Origin: Streptococcus mitis
GTDB lineage: Bacteria > Bacillota > Bacilli > Lactobacillales > Streptococcaceae
DNA length: 64,000 bases
Direction: 5' to 3'
NCBI GenBank assembly: GCA_965245755.1
Contig: CBDFAU010000001.1
Span: 54,854-118,853 of the forward strand
In this document: positions 37,594 through 47,618 of the stretch, piece after piece
Layout: every line of letters starts with the position of its first letter
Numbering within the stretch: position 1 is the first letter of the stretch
The notes under the pieces: model-generated
The model's database searches: none
What the model was told of the DNA's origin: nothing
What the model saw: the letters and a program-made list of their open reading frames with translations, nothing else
Made by a program: the position numbers and the translations under genes

Positions 37594-37618
37594 GGAGACC
37601 TTATGGTCTTTTTTCTTT
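37594..37618 (+). terminator. rpmB terminator
   Basis: Stem GAGACC/GGUCUU with loop UUAU and a T-run. Confidence 0.55.
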
Positions 37619-37736
37619 TACTGTAGATATAAAATCATTTGAAAAATAGAGTAAATATCCGCTGATACAGTATTCTGCTTTTACACTTGGAATGAAATAT
37701 GATAAAATAGAGTATCAACTAGTTGAGGTAAAAAGG

Positions 37737-38102
37737 ATGACTGTAAAAATTAATACAAAAGATGGTCAAATCGAACTAACAGATGAAGTGATAGCAACCG
37801 TCGTAGGTGGAGCAGCAACTGAGATTTTTGGTGTGGTCGGTATGGCTAGTAAAAATGCCCTCAAAGATAACTTCCAAGCCCTTCTAGGTAAGGAAAATTA
37901 TTCTAAAGGTGTCGTCGTAAAAGCGTCCGAAGATGGCAGTATTGCAGTTGATGTATATACCGTGTTGAGCTACGGAACAAAGATTAGCGAAGTGTCAAAA
38001 AACATTCAAGAGCGTGTTCGTTTTAGTTTGGAAAACCAACTTGGAATTACTGCTCAGACTGTAAATGTATACATTCAAAATATCAAAGTTGTAGGAGAAT
38101 AA
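37737..38102 (+). CDS. Asp23/Gls24-family stress protein
   Basis: ATG at 37737 after GAGGTAAAAAGG. A promoter-like TTACAC-N16-TAAAAT at 37681-37708 places the ORF-track start (37692) upstream of the transcript. ELTDEVIATVVGGAATEIFGVVGM is typical Asp23. Confidence 0.85.
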   Translation: MTVKINTKDGQIELTDEVIATVVGGAATEIFGVVGMASKNALKDNFQALLGKENYSKGVVVKASEDGSIAVDVYTVLSYGTKISEVSKNIQERVRFSLENQLGITAQTVNVYIQNIKVVGE

Positions 38103-38104
38103 CC

Positions 38105-39772
38105 GTGTCAAAAATTACTACTAGCTTATTTCAAGAAATGGTGCAGGCTGCATCAACTCGCTTGAATAAGCAAGCTGAATATGTCAATTCATTAAACGTT
38201 TTTCCAGTTCCAGATGGAGATACTGGTACAAATATGGGAATGACCATTGAAAATGGTGCTAAAGAAGTTGCAGACAAGCCAGCTTCTACTGTTGGAGAGG
38301 TGGCAAGCATTCTTGCAAAAGGTCTTTTGATGGGTGCGCGTGGGAACTCAGGAGTTATTACATCTCAGCTTTTCCGCGGATTTTCACAAGCCATCAAGGA
38401 TAAAGACGAGTTAACAGGTCAAGATTTGGCTCTTGCCTTCCAATCAGGTGTGGAAGTTGCTTATAAGGCAGTTATGAAACCAGTTGAAGGAACGATTTTG
38501 ACAGTTTCTCGTGGTGCTGCTATCGGTGCTAAGAAAAAAGCTGAGCAAACAGATGATGCTGTTGAAGTAATGCGTGCAGCCTTGGAAGGTGCTAAAACAG
38601 CTCTAGCTAAAACGCCAGATATGCTTCCAGTCTTGAAGGAAGTTGGCGTTGTGGACTCAGGTGGTCAAGGATTGGTCTTCATCTACGAAGGTTTCCTCTC
38701 AGCCCTTACTGGCGAATATATTGCATCTGAGGACTTTGTAGCGACTCCGGCCAACATGAGTGAAATGATCAATGCTGAACATCATAAGTCTGTAGCTGGT
38801 CACGTAGCGACTGAGGACATCACCTTTGGTTACTGTACTGAAATCATGGTAGCTCTTAAGCAAGGTCCAACCTATGCCAAAGATTTTGACTACGACGAAT
38901 TCCGTAACTACTTGAATGAACTCGGGGATTCTCTCCTTGTTGTCAATGATGATGAAATTGTCAAAGTCCATGTCCATACAGAAGATCCAGGACTTGTTAT
39001 GCAAGAAGGTCTCAAATATGGTAGCTTGGTCAAGGTAAAAGTTGACAATATGCGTAACCAACACGAAGCACAGGTTGAGAAAGAAGCTGCTCAAGTTAGC
39101 AAACCAGCTGAAGAAAAAGAGTATGCTTTGATTGCTGTAGTGGCTGGTAAAGGTCTAGCAGATATCTTCCGTTCTCAAGGTGTGGATTATGTTATCGAAG
39201 GCGGTCAAACTATGAACCCTTCAACAGAAGACTTTATCAAGGCTGTTGAACAGGTCAACGCTCGTAACATCATCTTCCTACCAAACAACAAGAATATTTT
39301 CATGGCAGCTCAATCTGCAGCAGAAGTTTTGGAGCAACCAGCAGTAGTGGTAGAGGCTCGTACTCTTCCTCAAGGTTTGACAAGTCTTCTTGCCTTTGAT
39401 CCAAGCAAGTCTATCGAAGAAAACCAAGAGCGTATGACTGCTGCTCTTAGCGATGTCGTTAGCGGAAGCGTCACAACAGCTGTGCGTGATACAACCATTG
39501 ATGGCTTAGAAATCCATGAAAACGATAATCTTGGTATGGTGGATGGGAAAATCCTCGTGTCAAACCCTGACATGCACCAAACCTTGACAGAAACATTGAA
39601 ACATATGTTGGATGAAGATAGTGAAATCGTCACCTTCTATGTTGGTGAAGACGGAAGCGAAGAACTTGCCAATGAAATTGCCCAAGAAATCGCAGAAGAA
39701 TTCGAAGATGTTGAAGTAGAGATTCACCAAGGCCAACAACCAGTTTACCCATACCTATTTAGTGTGGAATAA
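38105..39772 (+). CDS. fakA: DAK2-domain protein of the YloV family (fatty acid kinase subunit FakA-type)
   Basis: 555 aa, GTG start. N-terminal DAK2 motifs (LNVFPVPDGDTGTNM, ARGNSGVI). The conserved asp23-yloV gene pair. Confidence 0.8.
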   Translation: MSKITTSLFQEMVQAASTRLNKQAEYVNSLNVFPVPDGDTGTNMGMTIENGAKEVADKPASTVGEVASILAKGLLMGARGNSGVITSQLFRGFSQAIKDKDELTGQDLALAFQSGVEVAYKAVMKPVEGTILTVSRGAAIGAKKKAEQTDDAVEVMRAALEGAKTALAKTPDMLPVLKEVGVVDSGGQGLVFIYEGFLSALTGEYIASEDFVATPANMSEMINAEHHKSVAGHVATEDITFGYCTEIMVALKQGPTYAKDFDYDEFRNYLNELGDSLLVVNDDEIVKVHVHTEDPGLVMQEGLKYGSLVKVKVDNMRNQHEAQVEKEAAQVSKPAEEKEYALIAVVAGKGLADIFRSQGVDYVIEGGQTMNPSTEDFIKAVEQVNARNIIFLPNNKNIFMAAQSAAEVLEQPAVVVEARTLPQGLTSLLAFDPSKSIEENQERMTAALSDVVSGSVTTAVRDTTIDGLEIHENDNLGMVDGKILVSNPDMHQTLTETLKHMLDEDSEIVTFYVGEDGSEELANEIAQEIAEEFEDVEVEIHQGQQPVYPYLFSVE

Positions 39773-39787
39773 AAATTTAATAGATTA

Positions 39788-39820
39788 AAAAGAAAGTTGA
39801 TTTTACAACTTTCTTTTTTT
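39788..39820 (+). terminator. Terminator after the asp23-fakA operon
   Basis: Stem AAAGAAAGUUG/CAACUUUCUUU with a 6-nt loop and a T-run. Confidence 0.65.
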
Positions 39821-39911
39821 ATGACATTTGTCATATTTCCTCATGACAGAAGCTTCTAGTGACTATACCTTCAAAGAATTATACTAGATGTATCAAATGG
39901 AGGAAGAAAAA

Positions 39912-40103
39912 ATGAAACATAAAGTAATTGTCGCAATGAGTTTAGTAGCAGCAGGAGTCATGACTTATCTCATGTTTTCAGGATTGGATGAAGGTTTCTA
40001 TCATTTTCCTTGGGAGCTATTTGCAGGATTTGGAATGATGTCCTGGCTTATCCGAGAAGGTTTGAAATTAGTCTCAGATGTGAAAAAGGAGTTTGAAAAA
40101 TGA
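39912..40103 (+). CDS. Small two-TM membrane protein
   Basis: ATG at 39912, 8 nt after GGAGG. 63 aa, hydrophobic. Confidence 0.45.
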   Translation: MKHKVIVAMSLVAAGVMTYLMFSGLDEGFYHFPWELFAGFGMMSWLIREGLKLVSDVKKEFEK

Positions 40104-40294
40104 AAAAAGCGATTCTATATCTTTTTATTGGACTATCACTAGTGGTATGGTTGGTAGAAATGTTTATAGGTTGGTTTGATCAAGCCTTCCTTCACCAATT
40201 CATCCGTGGTGCCTGGGGATTAGGATTTATGATTTTTATCGCCTTTCCGATGGGAAAGGAGTGGCTGAAAGGAGAATATCATGAACATGATTGA
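40100..40294 (+). CDS. Small two-TM membrane protein
   Basis: 64 aa with a 4-nt overlap upstream and a 14-nt overlap with the ABC ATPase gene. Confidence 0.45.
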   Translation: MKKAILYLFIGLSLVVWLVEMFIGWFDQAFLHQFIRGAWGLGFMIFIAFPMGKEWLKGEYHEHD

Positions 40295-41165
40295 GGTAGA
40301 AAGCCTAAATAAAAACATTAAGGGCAAGGCTATTTTGAAGGATATTTCCTTTGAGGTAGCTGAAGGTGAATGCGTCGCCTTGATTGGGCCAAATGGTGCT
40401 GGGAAGACAACACTCTTGGACTGTCTGCTTGGAGATAAACTGGTCTCCAGCGGTCAAGTATCCATCCAAGGCTTGCCAGTGACGAGCTCTAAGTTAGACT
40501 ACACAAGATCCTACCTCCCTCAAGAAAATGTCATCGTTCAGAAATTAAAGGTAAAAGAGTTGATTGTTTTCTTTCAACGTATCTATCCAAATCCCTTGAG
40601 CGAGCAGGAAATTGATCAACTATTGCAGTTTGACCAGCAACAAAAAGAACAATTTGCAGAAAAATTGTCAGGTGGGCAGAAGCGTCTTTTCTCTTTTATC
40701 TTGACCTTAATTGGGCGACCAAAGCTTGTCTTTTTAGATGAGCCTACATCGGCTATGGATACATCAACTCGTCAACGTTTTTGGGAGATTGTCGATCAGT
40801 TAAAGAAAAATGGTGTGACCATTGTCTATTCTTCTCACTATATCGAAGAGGTGGAGCATACGGCTGATCGAATCTTGGTGCTACACAAGGGTGAATTGAT
40901 TCGTGATACAACGCCTCTAGCTATGCGTAGTGAGGAGATTGAAAAGCACTTTATCCTTCCTCTAGCATATAAGGAAGTTGTCGAACAGTCAAACTTGGTT
41001 GAAAACTGGTCACAAAAACAGGATGCTCTACAAGTAGTCACACGCGAAGCAGATGCTTTCTGGGAACTATTAGTCCGAGCAGGATGTAGGATTCAAGAAA
41101 TTGAAGTCAATAATCGTAGCTTACTGGATACAATCTTTGAAGAAACACAAAAGGGAGATGACTAA
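40281..41165 (+). CDS. ABC transporter ATP-binding protein (ABC-2 type)
   Basis: Walker A GPNGAGKTT, signature LSGGQKRL, Walker B LVFLDEPTS. Confidence 0.9.
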   Translation: MNMIEVESLNKNIKGKAILKDISFEVAEGECVALIGPNGAGKTTLLDCLLGDKLVSSGQVSIQGLPVTSSKLDYTRSYLPQENVIVQKLKVKELIVFFQRIYPNPLSEQEIDQLLQFDQQQKEQFAEKLSGGQKRLFSFILTLIGRPKLVFLDEPTSAMDTSTRQRFWEIVDQLKKNGVTIVYSSHYIEEVEHTADRILVLHKGELIRDTTPLAMRSEEIEKHFILPLAYKEVVEQSNLVENWSQKQDALQVVTREADAFWELLVRAGCRIQEIEVNNRSLLDTIFEETQKGDD

Positions 41166-41166
41166 G

Positions 41167-41904
41167 ATGAAACAATGGATAGCATTAAATAAGATAGAAT
41201 TTCTATTGACCAAACGACAATTAGTCTACTATCTATTATCCGTAGGGATGCCGACAGCCTTCTATTTATTCTTTTCAGGCATGTACCAGGACACACCAGG
41301 TGGACCGGCTAATTTTATGCGTGATTACCTCATCTCCATGACAGCCTTTTCCATGATGTCGACAGCTATGTTTTCATTCCCAGCTGTTTTACATACAGAT
41401 AAAATCAACAACTGGCAGAAAACATTGCGCCATACTCCGGTAAATATGGTAGAATATTATCTATCAAAGATAACAAGTATGATGTTTGATTATCTGGTCT
41501 CAATCCTGGTTGTTTTTTCAGTTGGGCACTTGGTCAGAGGTGTGGATATGCCTTTAGGAAGCTGGATTGGGGCTGCGCTCTTGCTGATAGTAGGAAGTGT
41601 AGCTTTTGTAGCGATTGGCTTGACCTTGACACTCTTGCCTTCTAGTCAGCTAATGTCTGTCGTGGGCAATCTTCTCTATCTAGGCTTGGCTGTTTTAGGC
41701 GGACTCTGGATGCCCATCTCTTTATTTCCAGACTGGATGCAAGCAATCGGGAAGTGTCTACCAACTTATCAGTTGATGGAGTTGCTCAAGACCTTCTTAA
41801 ACGAGGGTGGCATCAATTTATCAGCCACAGTTTATCTACTTGTTTTTTCAGCAGTTTTGTTTGGTTTGACCATTTACCTTCAAGGTCATAAGGAGAATTC
41901 TTAA
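41167..41904 (+). CDS. ABC-2 family permease
   Basis: ATG at 41167, 2 nt after the ATPase stop. Six hydrophobic segments. Confidence 0.8.
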   Translation: MKQWIALNKIEFLLTKRQLVYYLLSVGMPTAFYLFFSGMYQDTPGGPANFMRDYLISMTAFSMMSTAMFSFPAVLHTDKINNWQKTLRHTPVNMVEYYLSKITSMMFDYLVSILVVFSVGHLVRGVDMPLGSWIGAALLLIVGSVAFVAIGLTLTLLPSSQLMSVVGNLLYLGLAVLGGLWMPISLFPDWMQAIGKCLPTYQLMELLKTFLNEGGINLSATVYLLVFSAVLFGLTIYLQGHKENS

Positions 41905-43001
41905 TGCTTGAAAGACTGAAAAGCATAGACTATATGTATTGGGCCAGTTTGATTTTTATGGTTTTTCCCATCGTTCCTGTAGTGACTGGATGGCTTTCTG
42001 CCTGGCATTTATTGAGTGATATTCTATTTGTAGTGGCGTATTTGGGTGTTTTAACAACTAAGAGCCAGTACCTATCTTGGCTATATTGGAGCCTCATGCT
42101 GACTTATGTAGTTGGGAATACTGCCTTTGTTGCTGTGAATTATATCTGGTTTTTCTTTTTCCTATCTAATCTCTTAATTTATCATTTTGGCGTACGTAGT
42201 TTAAAGTCTTTACATGTCTGGACATTTCTCCTTGCTCAAGTCCTAGTTGTGGGCCAACTTTTGATTTTTCAGAGAATCGAAGTTGAGTTTCTATTCTATC
42301 TACTTGTAATTCTTGCTTTTGTCGATTTAATGACTTTTGGATTGGTTCGGATTCGTATTGTGGAGGATTTGAAAGAAGCACAGGCTAAGCAAAATGCCCA
42401 GATAAATCTATTGCTTGCTGAAAATGAACGCAGTCGTATCGGTCAAGATTTGCATGATAGTCTGGGGCATACCTTTGCTATGTTGAGTGTCAAGACAGAT
42501 TTAGCCTTGCAGTTATTTCAGATGGAGGCTTATCCACAGGTGGAAAAGGAATTAAGAGAAATTCACCAGATCAGTAAGGATTCCATGAATGAAGTGCGAA
42601 CCATTGTGGAAAATCTGAAATCACGGACCCTAGCTTCAGAGCTTGAGACTGTTAAGAAGATGCTGGAAATTGCTGGAATTGAGGTGGAAATAGCTAATCA
42701 ACTAGATACAGCTAGCTTAACTCAGGAATTGGAGTCAACGGCTTCCATGATTTTGCTTGAATTAGTGACCAACATCATCAAACATGCCCAAGCGTCTAAA
42801 GCTTACTTAAGATTAGAACGGACAGAGAAAGAACTCCTTTTAACAGTAAGAGATGATGGTTGTGGTTTTACTTCTATAAAAGGGAATGAGCTCCATACAG
42901 TTCGAGAACGTGTCCTTCCATTTTCGGGAGAGGTAAATGTGATTAGTCAAAAACAACCGACAGAAGTTCAGGTTCGACTAGCTTATAAGGAGAGAAAGTA
43001 G
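41904..43001 (+). CDS. Sensor histidine kinase (HisKA_3 / NarL-partner class, intramembrane-sensing type)
   Basis: Five N-terminal TM segments with no extracellular domain. H-box IGQDLHDSLGHTF and an HATPase_c region. Confidence 0.85.
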   Translation: MLERLKSIDYMYWASLIFMVFPIVPVVTGWLSAWHLLSDILFVVAYLGVLTTKSQYLSWLYWSLMLTYVVGNTAFVAVNYIWFFFFLSNLLIYHFGVRSLKSLHVWTFLLAQVLVVGQLLIFQRIEVEFLFYLLVILAFVDLMTFGLVRIRIVEDLKEAQAKQNAQINLLLAENERSRIGQDLHDSLGHTFAMLSVKTDLALQLFQMEAYPQVEKELREIHQISKDSMNEVRTIVENLKSRTLASELETVKKMLEIAGIEVEIANQLDTASLTQELESTASMILLELVTNIIKHAQASKAYLRLERTEKELLLTVRDDGCGFTSIKGNELHTVRERVLPFSGEVNVISQKQPTEVQVRLAYKERK

Positions 43002-43601
<600 letters not shown>

Positions 43602-43668
43602 TGATATAATATTTTTTTGAACATTATGTGTTAAAATTGATGGAATTGAATGGAACAATACTAACTTT

Positions 43669-43700
43669 AGGAGGGTGGGATTCCTCCTTTTTCTTTTTTT
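43669..43700 (+). terminator. Terminator after the two-component operon
   Basis: Stem AGGAGG/CCUCCU followed by a long T-run. Confidence 0.55.
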
Positions 43701-43749
43701 GGGGAGCACTACAAAAGAGCTAAAATTAACAATAAAAAAGAAAAATATC

Positions 43750-43779
43750 TTGACAACCAATGGAAAATTTTGTTACAAT
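43750..43779 (+). promoter_or_regulatory. Promoter of the rpsL-rpsG operon
   Basis: -35 TTGACA (43750-43755), an 18-nt spacer, and an extended -10 TGTTACAAT (43771-43779). Confidence 0.6.
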
Positions 43780-43915
43780 AGTAGACGGTACTTTTTACTT
43801 TTGGTCTCTCAAGAGTGTACAGGGACGTGCTGACAAATGTTGCAAAAGTACACACAGATGATAGCTGTCACCAAGTGTATCATCACCAAAAATAAAAAAA
43901 CACAGGAGAATGTAG

Positions 43916-44329
43916 ATGCCTACAATTAACCAATTGGTTCGCAAACCGCGTAAATCAAAAGTAGAAAAATCTAAATCACCAGCTTTGAACGTTGGTTACA
44001 ACAGTCATAAAAAAGTTCAAACAAACGTTTCTTCACCACAAAAACGTGGTGTTGCAACTCGTGTTGGAACAATGACACCTAAAAAACCTAACTCAGCCCT
44101 TCGTAAATTCGCTCGTGTACGTTTGAGCAACCTTATCGAAGTTACTGCCTACATCCCAGGTATCGGACACAACTTGCAAGAGCACAGCGTGGTTCTTCTT
44201 CGTGGTGGACGTGTAAAAGACCTTCCAGGGGTACGTTACCATATCGTCCGTGGTGCACTTGATACTGCAGGTGTTAACGATCGTAAACAAGGCCGTTCTA
44301 AATACGGTACTAAACGTCCAAAAGCATAA
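43916..44329 (+). CDS. rpsL: 30S ribosomal protein S12
   Basis: [15 protein letters not shown]… full-length, 137 aa. Confidence 0.97.
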   Translation: MPTINQLVRKPRKSKVEKSKSPALNVGYNSHKKVQTNVSSPQKRGVATRVGTMTPKKPNSALRKFARVRLSNLIEVTAYIPGIGHNLQEHSVVLLRGGRVKDLPGVRYHIVRGALDTAGVNDRKQGRSKYGTKRPKA

Positions 44330-44348
44330 GGAAAGGGGATAAAGAGAA

Positions 44349-44819
44349 ATGAGTCGTAAAAATAGAGCTCCAAAACGTGACGTATTGCCAGATCCGCTTT
44401 ACAATTCACAACTAGTTACTCGTCTTATCAACCGCGTTATGCTTGATGGTAAACGTGGTACAGCTGCTTCAATCGTTTACGGTGCCTTTGAGCAAATCAA
44501 AGAAGCTACTGGAAACGATGCACTTGAAGTATTTGAAACAGCTATGGAAAACATCATGCCTGTACTTGAAGTACGTGCACGTCGTGTTGGTGGTTCTAAC
44601 TACCAAGTCCCAGTTGAAGTTCGTCCAGAACGTCGTACAACACTTGGACTTCGTTGGTTGGTAACAATCGCTCGTCTTCGTGGTGAACACACAATGCAAG
44701 ACCGTCTTGCAAAAGAAATCTTGGATGCTGCTAACAATACTGGTGCAGCTGTTAAGAAACGTGAAGACACTCACCGTATGGCTGAAGCTAACCGTGCATT
44801 CGCACACTTCCGTTGGTAA
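44349..44819 (+). CDS. rpsG: 30S ribosomal protein S7
   Basis: [20 protein letters not shown]… full-length, 156 aa. Confidence 0.97.
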
Positions 44820-44822
44820 GAT

Positions 44823-45047
44823 AGGATGCGAAAGCGTTAAGAAAGTCCCAGGGAAAATAGGGAATCAAAGCAGGTTGCGATTGCAACCAATGAGATTCAT
44901 CTTTTTCTCCAGACTTTTAGCTTGAGCTCAACTATATCATGATGCTAGGAACGGTAAGGATGCAAGGTGAAAATAGGAAACTGACGCAGTATTCGATGAA
45001 TACAAGGAAGTTTATCTTTTTCACACAGCATCCCGTTCCAGCTCAAA
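44823..45047 (+). repeat. Two tandem diverged ~100-nt repeats, each able to fold into a long imperfect hairpin, between rpsG and fusA
   Basis: Copy 1 is 44823-44931 (tip GGTTGC-gatt-GCAACC at 44873-44888). Copy 2 is 44957-45047 (tip GTATTC-gat-GAATAC at 44989-45003, outer arms GGAACGG..GGATGC / GCATCC.CGTTCC). Shared blocks are AGGATGC, GAAAATAGG, ATCTTTTTC and AGCTCAA. A separate perfect 11-bp hairpin lies at 45077-45102. Confidence 0.5.
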
Positions 45048-45128
45048 TCGGCTAACTAACTTTAGCCCGAGTTCAATTCAACTTGTAAATCTACAAGTTG
45101 AAACCAACAATAGCATGAAAACATTGAG

Positions 45129-45157
45129 AACGGGTAGGTCCTGCCTATCCGTTTTTA
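45129..45157 (+). terminator. Rho-independent terminator between rpsG and fusA
   Basis: 10-bp stem AACGGGUAGG/CCUAUCCGUU with a 5-nt loop and a T-run. Followed by an extended -10 TGTTATAAT at 45167-45175. Confidence 0.6.
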
Positions 45158-45213
45158 TTAAAATCGTGTTATAATAGAATAGAAATCAAAAATAAATAGG
45201 AGAAACAAACCTC

Positions 45214-47295
45214 ATGGCACGCGAATTTTCACTTGAAAAAACTCGTAATATCGGTATCATGGCTCACGTCGATGCTGGTAAAACAACAACTACTGAGCGT
45301 ATTCTTTACTACACTGGTAAAATCCACAAAATCGGTGAAACTCACGAAGGTGCGTCACAAATGGACTGGATGGAGCAAGAGCAAGAGCGTGGTATCACTA
45401 TCACATCTGCTGCGACAACAGCTCAATGGAACAACCACCGCGTAAACATCATCGACACACCAGGACACGTGGACTTCACAATCGAAGTACAACGTTCTCT
45501 TCGTGTATTGGATGGTGCGGTTACCGTTCTTGATTCACAATCAGGTGTTGAGCCTCAAACTGAAACAGTTTGGCGTCAAGCAACTGAGTACGGAGTTCCA
45601 CGTATCGTATTTGCCAACAAAATGGACAAAATCGGTGCTGACTTCCTTTACTCTGTAAGCACACTTCACGATCGTCTTCAAGCAAACGCGCACCCAATCC
45701 AATTGCCAATCGGTTCTGAAGATGACTTCCGTGGTATCATCGACTTGATTAAGATGAAAGCTGAAATCTATACTAACGACCTTGGTACAGATATCCTTGA
45801 AGAAGATATTCCAGCTGAATACCTTGACCAAGCTCAAGAATACCGTGAAAAATTGATTGAAGCAGTTGCAGAAACTGACGAAGAATTGATGATGAAATAC
45901 CTCGAAGGTGAAGAAATCACTAACGAAGAATTGAAAGCTGGTATCCGTAAAGCGACTATCAACGTTGAATTCTTCCCAGTATTGTGTGGTTCTGCCTTCA
46001 AGAACAAAGGTGTTCAATTGATGCTTGATGCTGTTATTGACTACCTTCCAAGCCCACTTGACATCCCAGCAATCAAAGGTATCAACCCAGATACAGACGA
46101 AGAAGAAACTCGTCCAGCATCTGACGAAGAGCCATTTGCAGCTCTTGCCTTCAAGATCATGACTGACCCATTCGTAGGTCGTTTGACATTCTTCCGTGTT
46201 TACTCAGGTGTTCTTCAATCAGGTTCATACGTATTGAACACTTCTAAAGGTAAACGTGAACGTATCGGACGTATCCTTCAAATGCACGCTAACAGCCGTC
46301 AAGAAATTGACACTGTTTACTCAGGTGATATCGCTGCTGCCGTTGGTTTGAAAGATACTACAACTGGTGACTCATTGACAGATGAAAAAGCTAAAATCAT
46401 CCTTGAGTCAATCAACGTTCCAGAACCAGTTATCCAATTGATGGTTGAGCCAAAATCTAAAGCTGACCAAGACAAGATGGGTATCGCCCTTCAAAAATTG
46501 GCTGAAGAAGATCCAACATTCCGCGTTGAAACAAACGTTGAAACTGGTGAAACAGTTATCTCAGGTATGGGTGAGCTTCACCTTGATGTCCTTGTTGACC
46601 GTATGCGTCGTGAGTTCAAAGTTGAAGCAAACGTAGGTGCTCCTCAAGTATCTTACCGTGAAACATTCCGCGCTTCTACTCAAGCACGTGGATTCTTCAA
46701 ACGTCAGTCTGGTGGTAAAGGTCAATTCGGTGATGTATGGATTGAATTTACTCCAAATGAAGAAGGTAAAGGATTCGAATTCGAAAACGCAATCGTCGGT
46801 GGTGTGGTTCCTCGCGAATTTATCCCAGCGGTTGAAAAAGGTTTGGTAGAATCTATGGCTAACGGTGTTCTTGCAGGTTACCCAATGGTTGACGTTAAAG
46901 CTAAGCTTTACGATGGTTCATACCACGATGTCGACTCATCTGAAACTGCCTTCAAGATCGCGGCTTCACTTGCTCTTAAAGAAGCTGCTAAATCAGCACA
47001 ACCAGCTATCCTTGAGCCAATGATGCTTGTAACAATCACTGTTCCGGAAGAAAACCTTGGTGATGTTATGGGTCACGTAACTGCTCGTCGTGGACGTGTA
47101 GATGGTATGGAAGCACACGGTAACAGCCAAATCGTTCGTGCTTACGTTCCACTTGCTGAAATGTTCGGTTACGCAACAGTTCTTCGTTCTGCATCTCAAG
47201 GACGTGGTACATTCATGATGGTATTTGACCACTACGAAGATGTACCTAAGTCAGTACAAGAAGAAATCATTAAGAAAAACAAAGGTGAAGACTAA
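45214..47295 (+). CDS. fusA: Elongation factor G
   Basis: 693 aa with [17 protein letters not shown] and the full EF-G domain order. Confidence 0.97.
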   Translation: MAREFSLEKTRNIGIMAHVDAGKTTTTERILYYTGKIHKIGETHEGASQMDWMEQEQERGITITSAATTAQWNNHRVNIIDTPGHVDFTIEVQRSLRVLDGAVTVLDSQSGVEPQTETVWRQATEYGVPRIVFANKMDKIGADFLYSVSTLHDRLQANAHPIQLPIGSEDDFRGIIDLIKMKAEIYTNDLGTDILEEDIPAEYLDQAQEYREKLIEAVAETDEELMMKYLEGEEITNEELKAGIRKATINVEFFPVLCGSAFKNKGVQLMLDAVIDYLPSPLDIPAIKGINPDTDEEETRPASDEEPFAALAFKIMTDPFVGRLTFFRVYSGVLQSGSYVLNTSKGKRERIGRILQMHANSRQEIDTVYSGDIAAAVGLKDTTTGDSLTDEKAKIILESINVPEPVIQLMVEPKSKADQDKMGIALQKLAEEDPTFRVETNVETGETVISGMGELHLDVLVDRMRREFKVEANVGAPQVSYRETFRASTQARGFFKRQSGGKGQFGDVWIEFTPNEEGKGFEFENAIVGGVVPREFIPAVEKGLVESMANGVLAGYPMVDVKAKLYDGSYHDVDSSETAFKIAASLALKEAAKSAQPAILEPMMLVTITVPEENLGDVMGHVTARRGRVDGMEAHGNSQIVRAYVPLAEMFGYATVLRSASQGRGTFMMVFDHYEDVPKSVQEEIIKKNKGED

Positions 47296-47311
47296 TCAGT
47301 CCTCGCTATAG

Positions 47312-47341
47312 AAGGAAGTCACTTAGTGGCTTCCTTTTTTG
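47312..47341 (+). terminator. fusA terminator
   Basis: Stem AAGGAAGUCAC/GUGGCUUCCUU with a 3-nt loop, then T6. Confidence 0.7.
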
Positions 47342-47525
47342 TATAGTTCCGATAAATTTTATAGATTCTGAAAACATACACTCATAAAAATTTCATATAA
47401 AAATTAGTTAAAGTAATTTGCGGAAGAAATATATAATTATAAATAGAAATAAGTTGAGAAGAATATAAATTACCTTTAAAAACTTATAAAAAAAGGATAA
47501 TATTTATAAATAAACGTTAAAATAG

Positions 47526-47580
47526 AAAATTCAGAAAATTTCTTCTTTTCTCTTGAAAAATTTTGAAAAAATGGTATGAT
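47526..47580 (+). promoter_or_regulatory. ilv promoter with an upstream CodY-box-like palindrome
   Basis: AAAATTCAGAAAATT (47526-47540) matches 13 of 15 positions of the CodY consensus AATTTTCWGAAAATT. -35 TTGAAA (47553-47558), a 16-nt spacer, and TGGTATGAT (47572-47580). Confidence 0.5.
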
Positions 47581-47618
47581 AGTAACAAGTTATTTTTAAG
47601 AGAAGAGAAAGGGGAACA

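Noticed and set aside
44680-44925. 81-aa + strand ORF overlapping the rpsG 3' end and the spacer
   Set aside because: It is out of frame with rpsG and has no RBS. Its downstream part is the hairpin repeat.
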